64,000 nucleotides of DNA from Chitinophaga pinensis (GTDB lineage: Bacteria; Bacteroidota; Bacteroidia; UBA7662; JAIXUI01). The stretch spans positions 2,502 to 66,501 of the forward strand of contig CALSBM010000007.1 in NCBI GenBank assembly GCA_943373175.1, given 5' to 3'. Below are positions 35,541 to 46,224 of this stretch, piece by piece (position 1 is the first letter of the stretch; each line of letters starts with the position of its first letter). A program made the position numbers and the translations under genes. Below the pieces are notes generated by a model. It searched no databases, had not been told where the DNA came from, and saw nothing but the letters and a program-made list of their open reading frames with translations.

Positions 35541-37310
35541 ATGATGCGAACACATAATTGCGGAGAATTGCGTCCCGAGCACGTCGGGCAATCGGTAGTA
35601 CTGGCAGGTTGGGTGCAAACCCTGCGCGATAAAGGAGCCTTACTCTGGATTGACCTTCGCGACCGCTATGGAATAACTCAGCTTACTATGGAGTCTGAAC
35701 ATTTGACCGAATCCCTTTTTGATCAAGCAAGAAGTTTCGGCAGAGAATACGTGATTCAAGTAGAAGGCATGGTGCGTTTGCGTCATTCTCCTTCTCAGAA
35801 AATCCCCACAGGGGCAGTTGAAGTTGTCCCTAGCCGATTAACCTTACTCAACGCCGCACAACTTCCTCCCTTCTTGATTGAAGACGATACCGATGGAGGC
35901 GATGACTTGCGCATGAAATTCCGATATCTTGATTTACGCAGAAATCCGGTTCGCGAAAATTTGATTCTTCGTCACAAACTGGCTCAAGCTACCCGCAGAT
36001 ACTTAGATCAGCAAGGATTTCTTGAAGTAGAAACTCCTGTACTCATTAAATCTACCCCAGAAGGTGCAAGAGACTTTGTGGTTCCCTCGCGCATGAATGC
36101 CGGGGAGTTTTACGCATTGCCACAGTCGCCTCAAACCTTTAAGCAATTGTTGATGGTTAGTGGCTTTGACAAATACTTTCAAATTGTAAAATGCTTCCGA
36201 GATGAAGATTTGAGAGCAGACCGCCAACCTGAGTTTACTCAAATTGACTGTGAAATGGCTTTCGTGGAACAAGAAGACGTGCTTCAAACTTTCGAAGGAC
36301 TTATTCGAAGCCTTTTCCGTGAAATAAAAGGCATAGAATTTCCCAAAGAGCTTCAACGCATGACCTACGCCGAGGCTATGCGTCGTTTTGGAAACGACAA
36401 GCCTGACATCCGATTTGGCCTTGAACTAAGAAACCTTAAGGTAAACGGAACTTTGGAAGCTCCTTTTGACTTCCGCAATTTCGTTGTTTTTGATGCTGCC
36501 TCAACGGTAATTGCTATTAGCATCCCGGAAGCCGCTTCTTGGACTCGTAAACAAATCGACGCACTCACGGAGTGGGTTAAACGTCCGCAAATCGGCCTTA
36601 AAGGGTTAGCTTGGTTGCGCAAAGAGGCCGATGGAAGTGTAAAATCTTCCTTCGATAAATTCTTTGAACCAGAAACTTTGCAGCAAATGGCAGAATACTG
36701 CCACGCAAACACCGGCAGTTTAACCTTTTTTCTGGCCGGAGAAGAAAAACTTACCCGTAAGGCCGCAGCAGATTTACGCCTTGAGCTTGGCGAACAACTT
36801 GGGCTTCGCAATCGAAATGAGTACTCGGCTCACTGGGTGGTTGACTTTCCTTTATTAGAAGAAGACGAAGAAAGCGGACGCTGGCATGCTATGCACCATC
36901 CATTTACTTCTCCTAAACCGGAAGATGCGGATCTCTTATTCACCAATCCAGGAAGTGTACGCGCTAATGCTTACGACCTTATTATTAATGGGGTGGAAGT
37001 AGGCGGAGGCTCTATCCGAATTCACAACAGGGAAATGCAGGCTAAAATGTTTGAACGCCTCGGATTCAGTGATGAAGAAGCACGCAAGCAATTCGGCTTT
37101 CTGATGGAAGCTTTCACGTACGGTGCGCCTCCACACGGCGGTATTGCCTTCGGCTTCGACCGGCTTTGCGCACTTTTTGGGGGCAGCGATTCTATCCGAG
37201 ATTACATCGCATTTCCGAAAAACAATTCCGGCAGAGATGTCATGATTGATGCGCCATCGAGCTTAGATCAAGCTCAGCTTAACGAGTTAAAACTCCAAAG
37301 CCGGGCTTAA
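35541..37310 (+). CDS. aspS: aspartate--tRNA ligase
   Basis: [17 protein letters not shown] start and class II aaRS motifs ([35 protein letters not shown]). The track ORF starts 21 nt earlier, at 35520. Confidence 0.9.
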   Translation: MMRTHNCGELRPEHVGQSVVLAGWVQTLRDKGALLWIDLRDRYGITQLTMESEHLTESLFDQARSFGREYVIQVEGMVRLRHSPSQKIPTGAVEVVPSRLTLLNAAQLPPFLIEDDTDGGDDLRMKFRYLDLRRNPVRENLILRHKLAQATRRYLDQQGFLEVETPVLIKSTPEGARDFVVPSRMNAGEFYALPQSPQTFKQLLMVSGFDKYFQIVKCFRDEDLRADRQPEFTQIDCEMAFVEQEDVLQTFEGLIRSLFREIKGIEFPKELQRMTYAEAMRRFGNDKPDIRFGLELRNLKVNGTLEAPFDFRNFVVFDAASTVIAISIPEAASWTRKQIDALTEWVKRPQIGLKGLAWLRKEADGSVKSSFDKFFEPETLQQMAEYCHANTGSLTFFLAGEEKLTRKAAADLRLELGEQLGLRNRNEYSAHWVVDFPLLEEDEESGRWHAMHHPFTSPKPEDADLLFTNPGSVRANAYDLIINGVEVGGGSIRIHNREMQAKMFERLGFSDEEARKQFGFLMEAFTYGAPPHGGIAFGFDRLCALFGGSDSIRDYIAFPKNNSGRDVMIDAPSSLDQAQLNELKLQSRA

Positions 37311-37314
37311 TCTT

Positions 37315-37944
37315 ATGAGTGAAGCCATACTTGCTTATGCTGAAGCCCATAGCCGGGCTGAGCCTGAGCTTTTGGCAAGACTAAGAAGAACGACGCATCT
37401 GCAAACACTCAACGCTCGGATGCTATCGGGCTGGGCTCAGGGTCAATTATTAGGTATGTTGGTGAAAATAAGCAACGCCAAAAGGTTGCTTGAACTGGGA
37501 ACCTTCACCGGATACTCCGCTTTGTGCATGATGCTTGAAGCCGGTGAGGATGTTTTTCTCGACACTATCGAACCCAATGCGGAGTTGGAGTACATTCATA
37601 AAGAATTTTTTGAAGCCGCTGGCTTACATCATCGTATTCGGGTTCATTATGCTGAAGCCAACGAGGTGCTTCCACAGCTAAAGGATTCGTACGATCTTAT
37701 TTTCATCGATGCAGATAAAAGAAGGAACGCCGAATACTACCATCAAGGGCTTCAAGTGCTGAAAAAAGGAGGATTGATGTTGGTTGATAATGTGCTTTGG
37801 GCCCATAAAGTAGCGTACGAAGAGCATCAAGATACCGACACCCGCCTGATTCGGGAGTTCAACCTGATGATAACAAAAGATCCTTCCGTAGAGGTTTTCA
37901 TGTTGCCAATACGTGACGGGCTCTCCCTTATCAGGAAAAAGTGA
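37315..37944 (+). CDS. class I SAM-dependent O-methyltransferase (caffeoyl-CoA OMT-like)
   Basis: LELGTFTGYSAL is motif I. The DADKRRNAEYY...GGLMLVDNVLW segment is typical of the O-methyltransferase family. Confidence 0.75.
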   Translation: MSEAILAYAEAHSRAEPELLARLRRTTHLQTLNARMLSGWAQGQLLGMLVKISNAKRLLELGTFTGYSALCMMLEAGEDVFLDTIEPNAELEYIHKEFFEAAGLHHRIRVHYAEANEVLPQLKDSYDLIFIDADKRRNAEYYHQGLQVLKKGGLMLVDNVLWAHKVAYEEHQDTDTRLIREFNLMITKDPSVEVFMLPIRDGLSLIRKK

Positions 37945-37957
37945 ATCTTTGTCTTCC

Positions 37958-39496
37958 ATGAAGTCCCCCCGCTTCCTACTCATCCTGTTTCTGGCTATCA
38001 CAGTCAGAGGCTGGGCACAAGGCCCAACCAAAAAGCTTTCAAAGGCCGAATATGTAGAAACGTATAAAAACTTTGCGATTCTCAACATGCACAACACCGG
38101 CGTACCTGCCAGTATCACCCTATCACAGGGGCTGCTGGAGTCGGGTGCTGGCAATTCCATGTTGGCTGTTAATGCCAACAATCATTTTGGCATCAAATGC
38201 CACAAGGATTGGACAGGGGAAACTTACACCATGGACGATGATGCCAAAAACGAATGCTTCAGGAAATACCCGGGTGCTTATGAGTCTTTTTTAGACCATG
38301 CCACTTTTTTGAAAGGAAGACCGCGCTACGCACCGCTCTTCCAATTATCCCCAACCGACTACAAAGGCTGGGCTCGTGGACTGAAGGAAGCAGGCTATGC
38401 TACCAATCCCAAATATGCTGAATTGCTGATTAACACCATCGATGAGCTCAAGCTACATCAATACGATTTGGTCACTAAAGCAGAATTTGAGGCACTCAAT
38501 GGCAAACCAAAAGTTAGCCCTTCAACTAAGGATCAGATTTCGGTTAAACGTCCTCCACTCATTGAAGAAATTAATGGCTTAAAAGCAACGTACGTTCAGC
38601 CGGGAGAAAGCATCTTCCAACTCGCTGAACGTGTAAACATCGAAGCCTGGAGATTAGTAGAGTTTAACGAGCTAAGCAAAGATTATCACTATAAACCCGG
38701 AGACCGAATGTTTCTTGAACGCAAGAATAAAAAAGCGGCGACGGATGTTTATGAAGTTAAAGCCGAAGATAATCTTCATGACATTGCCCAGCAGTTTGGT
38801 GTAAGGTTGGAAAGCCTGCGTTACCGAAACCGCCTTGAAGCAGGTGAAGAACCTGCCGAAGGAGAAGTACTGCTCCTTATCAAGAAGAGGGAAATTAAAC
38901 CCAAAACTCGGCCTCTTTCAGATATTGAAAACCGATACAGATTGAAGGAGGAAGCTGGAAAAGTGGCTGATTCAAAAGCCTTTGACGATTCCATTCGCAT
39001 TCTCATTGATAGTAGAGCTGAAAAAGTAAGCCAGGAGTCAATTGCCAGGATAAAGGAAAAAGATGAGCAAATCGAATCGCTTACTCTGGCAAGAGACAAT
39101 ATGCTCAAGGAGATTGATCAACTCAGAAAAGCGGTAAAATCCGGCACTAAACCAAAAACTGCGAAAAGAAGCACTCGTACTGAACCTGAGGAAGAAGACG
39201 TTCCTGATGCTATTGAAGACAGTAGTGCTGTTTCCGGCTCAACAACTATAAATCCTGAGCCCGTAAGACCTGCACCAAAGGATACCGCAAGAGCAGCCGT
39301 TCCTCCTGTTCAAGAGTTAAAATCTCCTGACAATGATATACCTGCTGGTAACACTAAAAAATACAAGGTTGAAAAAGGCGATACTTTGTTTAAAGTTGCC
39401 AGAAAGTTCGGTGTTAAGGTTGATCAAATCCGTAAGTGGAATCAAATGACCAACGACAATCTTAAGGCTGGCGAAGAAATCAAGGTTGGTGAATAA
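37958..39496 (+). CDS. glucosaminidase (mannosyl-glycoprotein endo-beta-N-acetylglucosaminidase) domain protein with LysM repeats
   Basis: Signal peptide MKSPRFLLILFLAITVRGWAQ. The GH73 segment is ITLSQGLLESGAGNSMLAVNANNHFGIKC. LysM-like segments follow (YVQPGESIFQLAERVNIEAWRLVEFN, YEVKAEDNLHDIAQQFGV, YKVEKGDTLFKVARKFGVKVDQIRKWN). Confidence 0.8.
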   Translation: MKSPRFLLILFLAITVRGWAQGPTKKLSKAEYVETYKNFAILNMHNTGVPASITLSQGLLESGAGNSMLAVNANNHFGIKCHKDWTGETYTMDDDAKNECFRKYPGAYESFLDHATFLKGRPRYAPLFQLSPTDYKGWARGLKEAGYATNPKYAELLINTIDELKLHQYDLVTKAEFEALNGKPKVSPSTKDQISVKRPPLIEEINGLKATYVQPGESIFQLAERVNIEAWRLVEFNELSKDYHYKPGDRMFLERKNKKAATDVYEVKAEDNLHDIAQQFGVRLESLRYRNRLEAGEEPAEGEVLLLIKKREIKPKTRPLSDIENRYRLKEEAGKVADSKAFDDSIRILIDSRAEKVSQESIARIKEKDEQIESLTLARDNMLKEIDQLRKAVKSGTKPKTAKRSTRTEPEEEDVPDAIEDSSAVSGSTTINPEPVRPAPKDTARAAVPPVQELKSPDNDIPAGNTKKYKVEKGDTLFKVARKFGVKVDQIRKWNQMTNDNLKAGEEIKVGE

Positions 39497-40079
39497 GCAC
39501 TCAGAAATGGAAAAAACACTGTGGTGCCACGGACGCCCTTTTGTACCTCATATTAAATACGATACGATCAGCCAAAAGTGTGCAGAAATTGGCAATGTAC
39601 TTCATGCTCATTACCGAAGCCGGAATCCTGTCTTTTTGGTAGTACTCAACGGAGCATTTATGTTTGCTTCCGAGCTGTTACGGCAATATCAGGGAAATTG
39701 TGAAGTCTCGTTTGTTAAGCTGGCGAGTTATTCGGGAACAAGCACCACAGGAAAGATAAAGGAACTGATTGGCCTCAATGAATCATTAAAAGGCCGGGAT
39801 GTAATTATTGTAGAAGACATAGTAGATACCGGCCATACTGTAGCTCAGATTCTGAGTCAGTTAGCGGCTATGGAAGTAGCTTCTGCGGAAATCGCAACGT
39901 TATTATTCAAACCAAAGGCTTTAGTTCAGCCTATTCAACCTCGATATGTTGGATTTGAAGCTGAAAATCATTTCTACCTTGGCTTTGGACTCGACTACGA
40001 CGGACTCGGCAGAAACTGGCCTCATATTTACCGATTAGCAGAAGGAGAAATGCAAGCTGAATCAAGCCTTAACAGCTAA
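39486..40079 (+). CDS. hpt: hypoxanthine phosphoribosyltransferase
   Basis: VIIVEDIVDTGHTV PRPP-binding motif. The more likely start is MEKTLW at 39507. Confidence 0.85.
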   Translation: MVNKHSEMEKTLWCHGRPFVPHIKYDTISQKCAEIGNVLHAHYRSRNPVFLVVLNGAFMFASELLRQYQGNCEVSFVKLASYSGTSTTGKIKELIGLNESLKGRDVIIVEDIVDTGHTVAQILSQLAAMEVASAEIATLLFKPKALVQPIQPRYVGFEAENHFYLGFGLDYDGLGRNWPHIYRLAEGEMQAESSLNS

Positions 40080-40121
40080 AGGCTTGCTTGCACCATCAAG
40101 TAAACGTATTTTCGGGGCTTC

Positions 40122-41168
40122 ATGAAACTCAAGGCCATTTGGGGGCTGGCAATTGCAGCCCTTTTTTCAGCATGTTCTACTGATTTAGACATCAACAGCA
40201 CATGGAAAGAGATTACACTCGCTCATGCACTTTTAGATCCTAACGATACAACCCACTACATCCGCATTTCCAAAGGCTTTCTTGACCCTAGCAGATCCGC
40301 TTTGGAAGTTGCCCGAATTGGTGATTCTATCAAGTATAGCAGCCTTGAAGTTACTGTTGAGCGTTGGAAAAATGGCAATCGCCTTCAAACGTTCCAATGC
40401 ACTCCCGCTTCCAACGTCCCGAAAGACTCTGGTACATTCGCCTTCCCGGAGCAGAACATCTACAGTTTCTCACACATTCTCGATGCAGAAAGTGAATACA
40501 GGCTTAAAGTGAAAACTCCGCTTGGGAATGAGCTCACTGCCAGCACCAACATCGTTAGGCCGTTCAGAATATACTCGCCTCAATTACAAGGACGAGTTTC
40601 ACTTCTTCCTACAGGTTCAACCAGAATTGGATTTTCAGCACCAGTTGCCGGAAAAAGCTATCAGATTATTGCTCGCTTGCATTATCTCGAAGGAAACCGT
40701 CTTGACTCTAGGCTGAATTACAAAAATCGTTGGGTTGATATGACAGTTGTTAACCAAGGCAACTTTAGGGATGCCATTGGTGGAGAAAGGGTTGAACAAA
40801 ACTTATTAGGCAGATCCATTCTTAATGCACTTAACGGAAATTTAGTTAGAAACGATACCATAGGTCGTATTTTTCAGGGGGTTGAATTCATCATTTTAAG
40901 TGGCAATTCAACGCTTACCGATTACATCAACATTAATCAACCTGTACAAGCTGTAAACGACGTTCGCCCGGTTTATACCAACGTCCAAAACGGAATGGGC
41001 ATCTTTGCTTCACGAACCACCTCGCCCAATTTGCGTGATTTTATGTCGAGGCCCAATTACCCGGTTCTCCCCAATGCAGACAATACTACGCAGTTTCGTG
41101 AAGTAGATGCGGGCCCGGGATATGATACTTTGGTAATCAACTACCCCCAGCTTGGTTTCAGAAGGTAA
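40122..41168 (+). CDS. hypothetical lipoprotein
   Basis: Signal peptide with lipobox (LAIAALFSAC). 348 aa with no catalytic motif recognised. Confidence 0.5.
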   Translation: MKLKAIWGLAIAALFSACSTDLDINSTWKEITLAHALLDPNDTTHYIRISKGFLDPSRSALEVARIGDSIKYSSLEVTVERWKNGNRLQTFQCTPASNVPKDSGTFAFPEQNIYSFSHILDAESEYRLKVKTPLGNELTASTNIVRPFRIYSPQLQGRVSLLPTGSTRIGFSAPVAGKSYQIIARLHYLEGNRLDSRLNYKNRWVDMTVVNQGNFRDAIGGERVEQNLLGRSILNALNGNLVRNDTIGRIFQGVEFIILSGNSTLTDYININQPVQAVNDVRPVYTNVQNGMGIFASRTTSPNLRDFMSRPNYPVLPNADNTTQFREVDAGPGYDTLVINYPQLGFRR

Positions 41169-41200
41169 GTTCAAGCGCTTTATACTCTAATTTTTTTTTA

Positions 41201-41716
41201 GTGATGAAGTTAGGAAATGAAGCAAGGCCGATTGTAAACATTGAGCTTTCTCCTTTAGAAAAACTATTGTCTGCAATATGTTGGGCAGGAAGCTTTTTAA
41301 GCCTTTTTTGGATGATTAGGTTCTATTCATCTTGGCCTGAAATCGTTCCTATACATTTCAATGCTTCTGGAAAGGCAGACGGTTATGGCCCTAAGGCTAC
41401 TTTGTTTATTCTTCCTGTAGTGATGATTGGCCTAACAACACTTCTTCAATGGCTTTCCAGAAAACCGTATTTATATAACTACCCAATAGAAATCACTCCT
41501 GAAAATGCAATTCGGGAATACTCTTTAGCTTCAAAAATGATTCGTATTCTTAATGCGATCATTATTACTTGCCTTACTACTGTAATTGTAACCACGCATG
41601 GCAGCGAAGGTGTTGACCCTCATGGCCCTGGCTTATGGTTTCTGCCGGTTTTACTCGTTGGCGTTTTTGGAACCATCATCGGCTATTTGATTGTCAGAAG
41701 CCGGAAACAGGATTAA
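41201..41716 (+). CDS. DUF1648-like membrane protein
   Basis: Four TM helices with a conserved-looking PxHFNxxGxxDxxGxK segment (VPIHFNASGKADGYGPK). Confidence 0.55.
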   Translation: MMKLGNEARPIVNIELSPLEKLLSAICWAGSFLSLFWMIRFYSSWPEIVPIHFNASGKADGYGPKATLFILPVVMIGLTTLLQWLSRKPYLYNYPIEITPENAIREYSLASKMIRILNAIIITCLTTVIVTTHGSEGVDPHGPGLWFLPVLLVGVFGTIIGYLIVRSRKQD

Positions 41717-42067
41717 TCCCTTCTTTGTTAACTTCTTACTTTATTAAGAAGGCATTATCCCAATGCTTTACATCGCTTTTTAGTTAGGCTTCTTATAATC
41801 AATTAATTGTTGCCGAATAGCTTCAAGGTGTTTATTCTTGGCACTGCCCTTTATCGAACAGTGAAAGAGCAAAAGCTTTTCTGAAAACTAAGAACCCAAG
41901 TTGAGAAATGTGGTCGTCGGGGATAAAGTCCCTCTCACTACTTCTCAAGTAACTCAGTTTCAGAGAAGTTTTAATTTCCATTAGGCAGGTGTTAACTATC
42001 GAAAACAAGTCATTGCGATTAACACACCATCTTCTGGCTTCTTGACTATTTTCCTTGGTAGTTTTAG

Positions 42068-43126
42068 TTAGTTCATCCCAATCGGGATATGATGGACACT
42101 CAACCCTAATGGCCGAAAAAGTGCCAATACGCGACTAGCATCAGTATCAGTAATAAACACTTGACCAAACTGATTTCCAGCCACAAGAGCCATCAGGTAA
42201 CTCAATCTGCTTTGATCCAGCTTTTCAAAGATATCGTCCAAAAGCAGGATTGGCTTCCTGCATTTCACTTCCTTAATATAATCGTGCTGCGCAAGCTTTA
42301 AGGCGATGATAAAGGTCTTTTGTTGACCTTGAGATGCAAATTTTCGAATGAGTTGCCCATTCAGTAAATACAACACCTTATCACGATGTGGCCCATTCAA
42401 CGTAGTTCCCGCTTCCTTTTCTTCACTTAAACTTTTGAATGGTTGCGGCTCTATTACAAAAGAAGGTTCTTCCTTCATTCCGGCCATAGTTTGATAATGA
42501 AGCCGAAAAACCGGTAATGCCTGTTGTATGAGTTCCTGCCGCCGAGATTGTATCAACGCTTCTAAAGGAATTCTTTGCATATCAAGTACTTCAATTAGCT
42601 CTTCTTCCCAAGAGTGGTGTTCCTTGCCTTGTTTAAGCAGTGCATTTCTTTGAAGAACCAGTTTATTAACTTTCAGCAATGCGTCGAGATAATCTGAATG
42701 GCATTGCGATAGCCATCCATCGAAAAAACGTCTCCTAATTTCAGAGCCTTCGGTGACGAGCAAGGTATCGGTAGGCGCTATAAGAACTACTGGTATCTGC
42801 CCAACATGATCGGCCAATCTAGCAACCGGTTGAGCATTTCTTCTAAACAACTTCTTTCCTGCTTGCCAACCACAACTTATGGGTAAAGTAGTGCCATTAT
42901 CGTCTAAAAAATGGCCTTCCAGATAAAAAACATCGCTTCCCTGAAGTAGCAATTGGGCATCTTGAAGGCCGGAAAAACCACGAGTCAGACAGAGGTAATA
43001 GATGGCTTCAAGGCGGTTAGTTTTGCCACAACCGTTAGGCCCACTGATCAAATTCAAGTTAGTAAAACTGCTGGAGTCGCTTTCGATATTCTTAAAGTTG
43101 CTGATTTCCAGCGACGACAGCATCAT
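42068..43126 (-). CDS. recF: DNA replication/repair protein RecF
   Basis: Walker A NLISGPNGCGKTN near the N-terminus and an SMC-like signature near the C-terminus (ASQGQQKT...LLLDDIFEKLD). Confidence 0.9.
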   Translation of the reverse strand: MMLSSLEISNFKNIESDSSSFTNLNLISGPNGCGKTNRLEAIYYLCLTRGFSGLQDAQLLLQGSDVFYLEGHFLDDNGTTLPISCGWQAGKKLFRRNAQPVARLADHVGQIPVVLIAPTDTLLVTEGSEIRRRFFDGWLSQCHSDYLDALLKVNKLVLQRNALLKQGKEHHSWEEELIEVLDMQRIPLEALIQSRRQELIQQALPVFRLHYQTMAGMKEEPSFVIEPQPFKSLSEEKEAGTTLNGPHRDKVLYLLNGQLIRKFASQGQQKTFIIALKLAQHDYIKEVKCRKPILLLDDIFEKLDQSRLSYLMALVAGNQFGQVFITDTDASRVLALFRPLGLSVHHIPIGMN

Positions 43127-43185
43127 GAAAGAATCAGGTTAATGGGTTTTTGTCTATTTTAGCGCCTCGAAAAAAGCGTGCCTGA

Positions 43186-44181
43186 ATGGCCAAAACAAAG
43201 ATAACCAAAGAAACCTACATCAACTGGTACGAAAGCATGCAGTTGATGCGCAAATTCGAAGAGAAATCTGCTCAACTTTATGGTCAGCAGAAGATTAAAG
43301 GATTCTGCCATTTGTATATCGGGCAAGAAGCCATAGTAGCCGGTACATACTCCGTCATTCGAAAGGACGACAAAGCTATTACTGCCTATCGCGATCACGC
43401 ACATGCACTAGCAGCGGGGATTAGTGCCAATGCTGTAATGGCAGAACTCTTCGGTAAAGCAACCGGCTGCTCCGGCGGAAAAGGTGGGTCTATGCACATG
43501 TTCTCTAAGGAGCATAATTTTTATGGTGGCCATGGTATCGTAGGCGGGCAAATTCCGCTTGGAGCCGGGTTAGCATTCGCTGATCAATACCGCGGTGGAG
43601 ACCAGGTTACCGTTTGCTATATGGGCGACGGTGCCATACGCCAAGGTGCTGTTCATGAGACTTTCAACATGGCCATGCTATGGAAACTTCCGGTAATTTT
43701 CGTTTGCGAGAATAACTTCTATGCTATGGGAACTTCTCTGGAAAGAACTTCTAATGTATCCGATATTTACAAACTTGGGCTTGCTTACGACATGCCTTCA
43801 AGATGGGTAGATGGAATGACTTGCGAGGAAGTTCACAAAGCTATGGATGAAGCTGTAGAACGTGCTCGTAATGGCGAAGGCCCTACCTTCCTCGAAATCC
43901 GAACCTATCGCTATCGCGGACATTCTATGTCTGACCCTGCGAAATACAGAACAAAAGAGGAATTAGAAGAATATCGCTCTCAAGATCCAATCGAAAAAGT
44001 GAGAGCTACCATTCTTAGTAAAAAATACCTTACAGAAGCCCAATTGGAAGAAATTGACGCTCGCATTAAAATAGTGGTCAATGAATCCGTAGAATTTGCT
44101 GAAAATTCTCCGTGGCCTGATGAATCAGCACTATTTAGAGACGTTTACGTTCAAAGCGATTACCCGTTCATTACTGACTAA
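43186..44181 (+). CDS. pdhA: pyruvate dehydrogenase (acetyl-transferring) E1 alpha subunit
   Basis: TPP-binding region GDGAIRQG...NNFYAMGTS and a YRYRGHSMSDP phosphorylation-loop-like motif. Confidence 0.85.
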   Translation: MAKTKITKETYINWYESMQLMRKFEEKSAQLYGQQKIKGFCHLYIGQEAIVAGTYSVIRKDDKAITAYRDHAHALAAGISANAVMAELFGKATGCSGGKGGSMHMFSKEHNFYGGHGIVGGQIPLGAGLAFADQYRGGDQVTVCYMGDGAIRQGAVHETFNMAMLWKLPVIFVCENNFYAMGTSLERTSNVSDIYKLGLAYDMPSRWVDGMTCEEVHKAMDEAVERARNGEGPTFLEIRTYRYRGHSMSDPAKYRTKEELEEYRSQDPIEKVRATILSKKYLTEAQLEEIDARIKIVVNESVEFAENSPWPDESALFRDVYVQSDYPFITD

Positions 44182-44189
44182 GAAAACTC

Positions 44190-44909
44190 ATGAGTCAAAA
44201 GGAAAAAGAAGCAGGTTCAACGAAGCCTGTTCAACAAGACGAAACCTTCGCTGATACCCTCGACCATCAGTTAGAAGACACCATCTCCCGTTCGGAGGCT
44301 TTCATTGAAAAAAACAAGAACAAACTGCTTGGCGGATTAGGCATTGTGCTCTTGGTATTCGGTGTTTACTACTATGTTTGGCACGTCTATCTGCCAGGAC
44401 AAGAAACCGAAGCTCAGGAACAAGCTTATATGGCTCAACGCTGGTTCGAAAACGATTCACTTGATCTTGCTATCAAAGGAAAAGGCCAGTATGCAGGTTT
44501 TGAAGCCATTGCCGACGAGTACAGCATGACGAAAATTGGCAACCTTGCACATTACTACCTCGGTATTGCGTACTTGCGTAAAGGCAAATACCAAGAGGCT
44601 ATTGATGAGTTGGATAAATTTAGTGCTGATGATATGATGCTGGCGGCTGTTGCAGTAGGTGCTAAAGGCGATGCAATGCTGGAAATAGGCCAAAAAGAAG
44701 ACGCTTTGTCGCAGTACGAGAAAGCAGCTGGGGTAAGCGAAAACCGTTTCACAACTCCTATCTACCTTCAAAAAGCAGCAGAATTGGCTGAAAACCTTGG
44801 ACAAAAAGAAAAGGCAATTGAAATTTTCAACCGCTTAAAAGAAGAATACAAGGAAACTAATGAAGGAATGAATGCCGATAAGTTCATTGCCCGAATTCAA
44901 GCACGCTAA
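44190..44909 (+). CDS. membrane-anchored tetratricopeptide-repeat protein (YfgM-like)
   Basis: One TM helix (LLGGLGIVLLVFGVYYYVW), then TPR-like helices (YYLGIAYLRKGKYQEAI). Confidence 0.6.
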   Translation: MSQKEKEAGSTKPVQQDETFADTLDHQLEDTISRSEAFIEKNKNKLLGGLGIVLLVFGVYYYVWHVYLPGQETEAQEQAYMAQRWFENDSLDLAIKGKGQYAGFEAIADEYSMTKIGNLAHYYLGIAYLRKGKYQEAIDELDKFSADDMMLAAVAVGAKGDAMLEIGQKEDALSQYEKAAGVSENRFTTPIYLQKAAELAENLGQKEKAIEIFNRLKEEYKETNEGMNADKFIARIQAR

Positions 44910-44922
44910 TGCGTTATCAACC

Positions 44923-46071
44923 ATGAAAAAGAAAAACCCCGTTCAACAATTGGCCGGGGTTTTTCTTTTATTATTCCTGATAGGACTCCAAGCTTCTATT
45001 ATTGGGCAAACCGTATATCCTGCTCCCCTTTCTTTATTCGAACCAGATCAGGGTCCTTCATGGTTTCACCCTGAACGAACCCTTAGGCTTCATTTTTCAA
45101 TAGTGCGCAAATCCGATGGCAGCGGAAACTTCGATGACAGCTCCGGAATTGCTTATATCAAAGATTTGGTTCGAATTGCCAATGAATTGCTTCGAAACAA
45201 CCAGCGCATGAATCTCCCGGAGTTAAATCCGCCAAGAGTGCTGCCGACTCTTCTACAGTATGTGTTAGTTGCTGATTCAGGCGCTCCTGAAGGCATCAGC
45301 TTTGTCCACAACGATTCGATGTATGTTTTTGCAAGAAGAAGAAACTTTAGTTCAGTTTTCGATGATAAAGTCTTTAAGCTTTATGGCAAAAAGAAGGAAT
45401 CTGTTCTTAATATTTTTATGCTTGAAAATACTGATGAATCCGAGGAAGGGGGCGGAGTTGGAATGCCTTTATTCGTTAAAATGGGTGCCTGCTTTTATCA
45501 TTATTCCAAATATGGAAGAGGGGCTTGGTTTATGGCTGGTTTATTAAATCACGAAATCGGCCACACTCTGGGTTTGGCTCATAGTTGGCAAAATGATGGT
45601 TGCGACGATACACCAGATAACGCCAATTGCTGGAACATCGACACAACCCAGACTCAATGCAGAAGGATTTCCAACAATGTGATGGATTACAATGTTTACA
45701 TGAATGCCTGGACTCCTTGCCAAATCAGCTTGATACATTATAATTTTCATGACCCTTACTTTCCAGCACGACGATTCCTTCGCCAAGATTGGAGTACACT
45801 TCAAGAGGGCAAGGACGTTTCAATAAAGAAAGGAGACACACTCGAATTAAACCGACCGATAGACCTGAAAGGAAATTTAACCTTAGAAAAAGGCGCAGTG
45901 GTTATAGTCAATCACAGGCTTAGTTTACCTGAAAAGGGGCGCTTAGTAATCCATAAAAGAGCTTGGCTTATATTGGGGCCTCAAGGCAGTCTCAACCATT
46001 GTATTATGGGCGCTTATAAACCCATGAGTATTCTTCCCAAATACTTAAAAAGGGTTAAAAAAACACCCTGA
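44923..46071 (+). CDS. secreted zinc metalloprotease (metzincin, M43 pappalysin-like HExxHxxGxxH)
   Basis: Signal peptide after MKKKNPVQQ. Zinc site LLNHEIGHTLGLAHSW. The track ORF starts at 44872, upstream of the likely signal-peptide start. Confidence 0.7.
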   Translation: MKKKNPVQQLAGVFLLLFLIGLQASIIGQTVYPAPLSLFEPDQGPSWFHPERTLRLHFSIVRKSDGSGNFDDSSGIAYIKDLVRIANELLRNNQRMNLPELNPPRVLPTLLQYVLVADSGAPEGISFVHNDSMYVFARRRNFSSVFDDKVFKLYGKKKESVLNIFMLENTDESEEGGGVGMPLFVKMGACFYHYSKYGRGAWFMAGLLNHEIGHTLGLAHSWQNDGCDDTPDNANCWNIDTTQTQCRRISNNVMDYNVYMNAWTPCQISLIHYNFHDPYFPARRFLRQDWSTLQEGKDVSIKKGDTLELNRPIDLKGNLTLEKGAVVIVNHRLSLPEKGRLVIHKRAWLILGPQGSLNHCIMGAYKPMSILPKYLKRVKKTP

Positions 46072-46151
46072 CTACGAATGAGTTAAGAATTAGCAAGCTT
46101 TACTTATATATGGTGAGTATATTTGTAACCTTGCTCATGTAATGCATTTTC

Positions 46152-46160
46152 GGGGGGGGG
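46152..46160. repeat. G9 homopolymer in the intergenic region about 65 bp upstream of the SLT/LysM gene
   Basis: Sequence ...cattttcGGGGGGGGGtataaaagc..., read directly from the window. Confidence 0.9.
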
Positions 46161-46224
46161 TATAAAAGCACCAAATTCCGGGATGCTGCGTTAGTTAGTT
46201 AAACCTGTAATCCTCTTACTGCCC

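Noticed and set aside
41832-41981. A 49-aa minus-strand ORF downstream of recF, checked as a possible DUF721 gene, which often follows recF in Bacteroidota.
   Set aside because: The product MEIKTSLKLSYLRSSERDFIPDDHISQLGFLVFRKAF... lacks the DUF721 hallmarks I remember. It is about half the expected length, and downstream frames do not restore similarity. Left unannotated.
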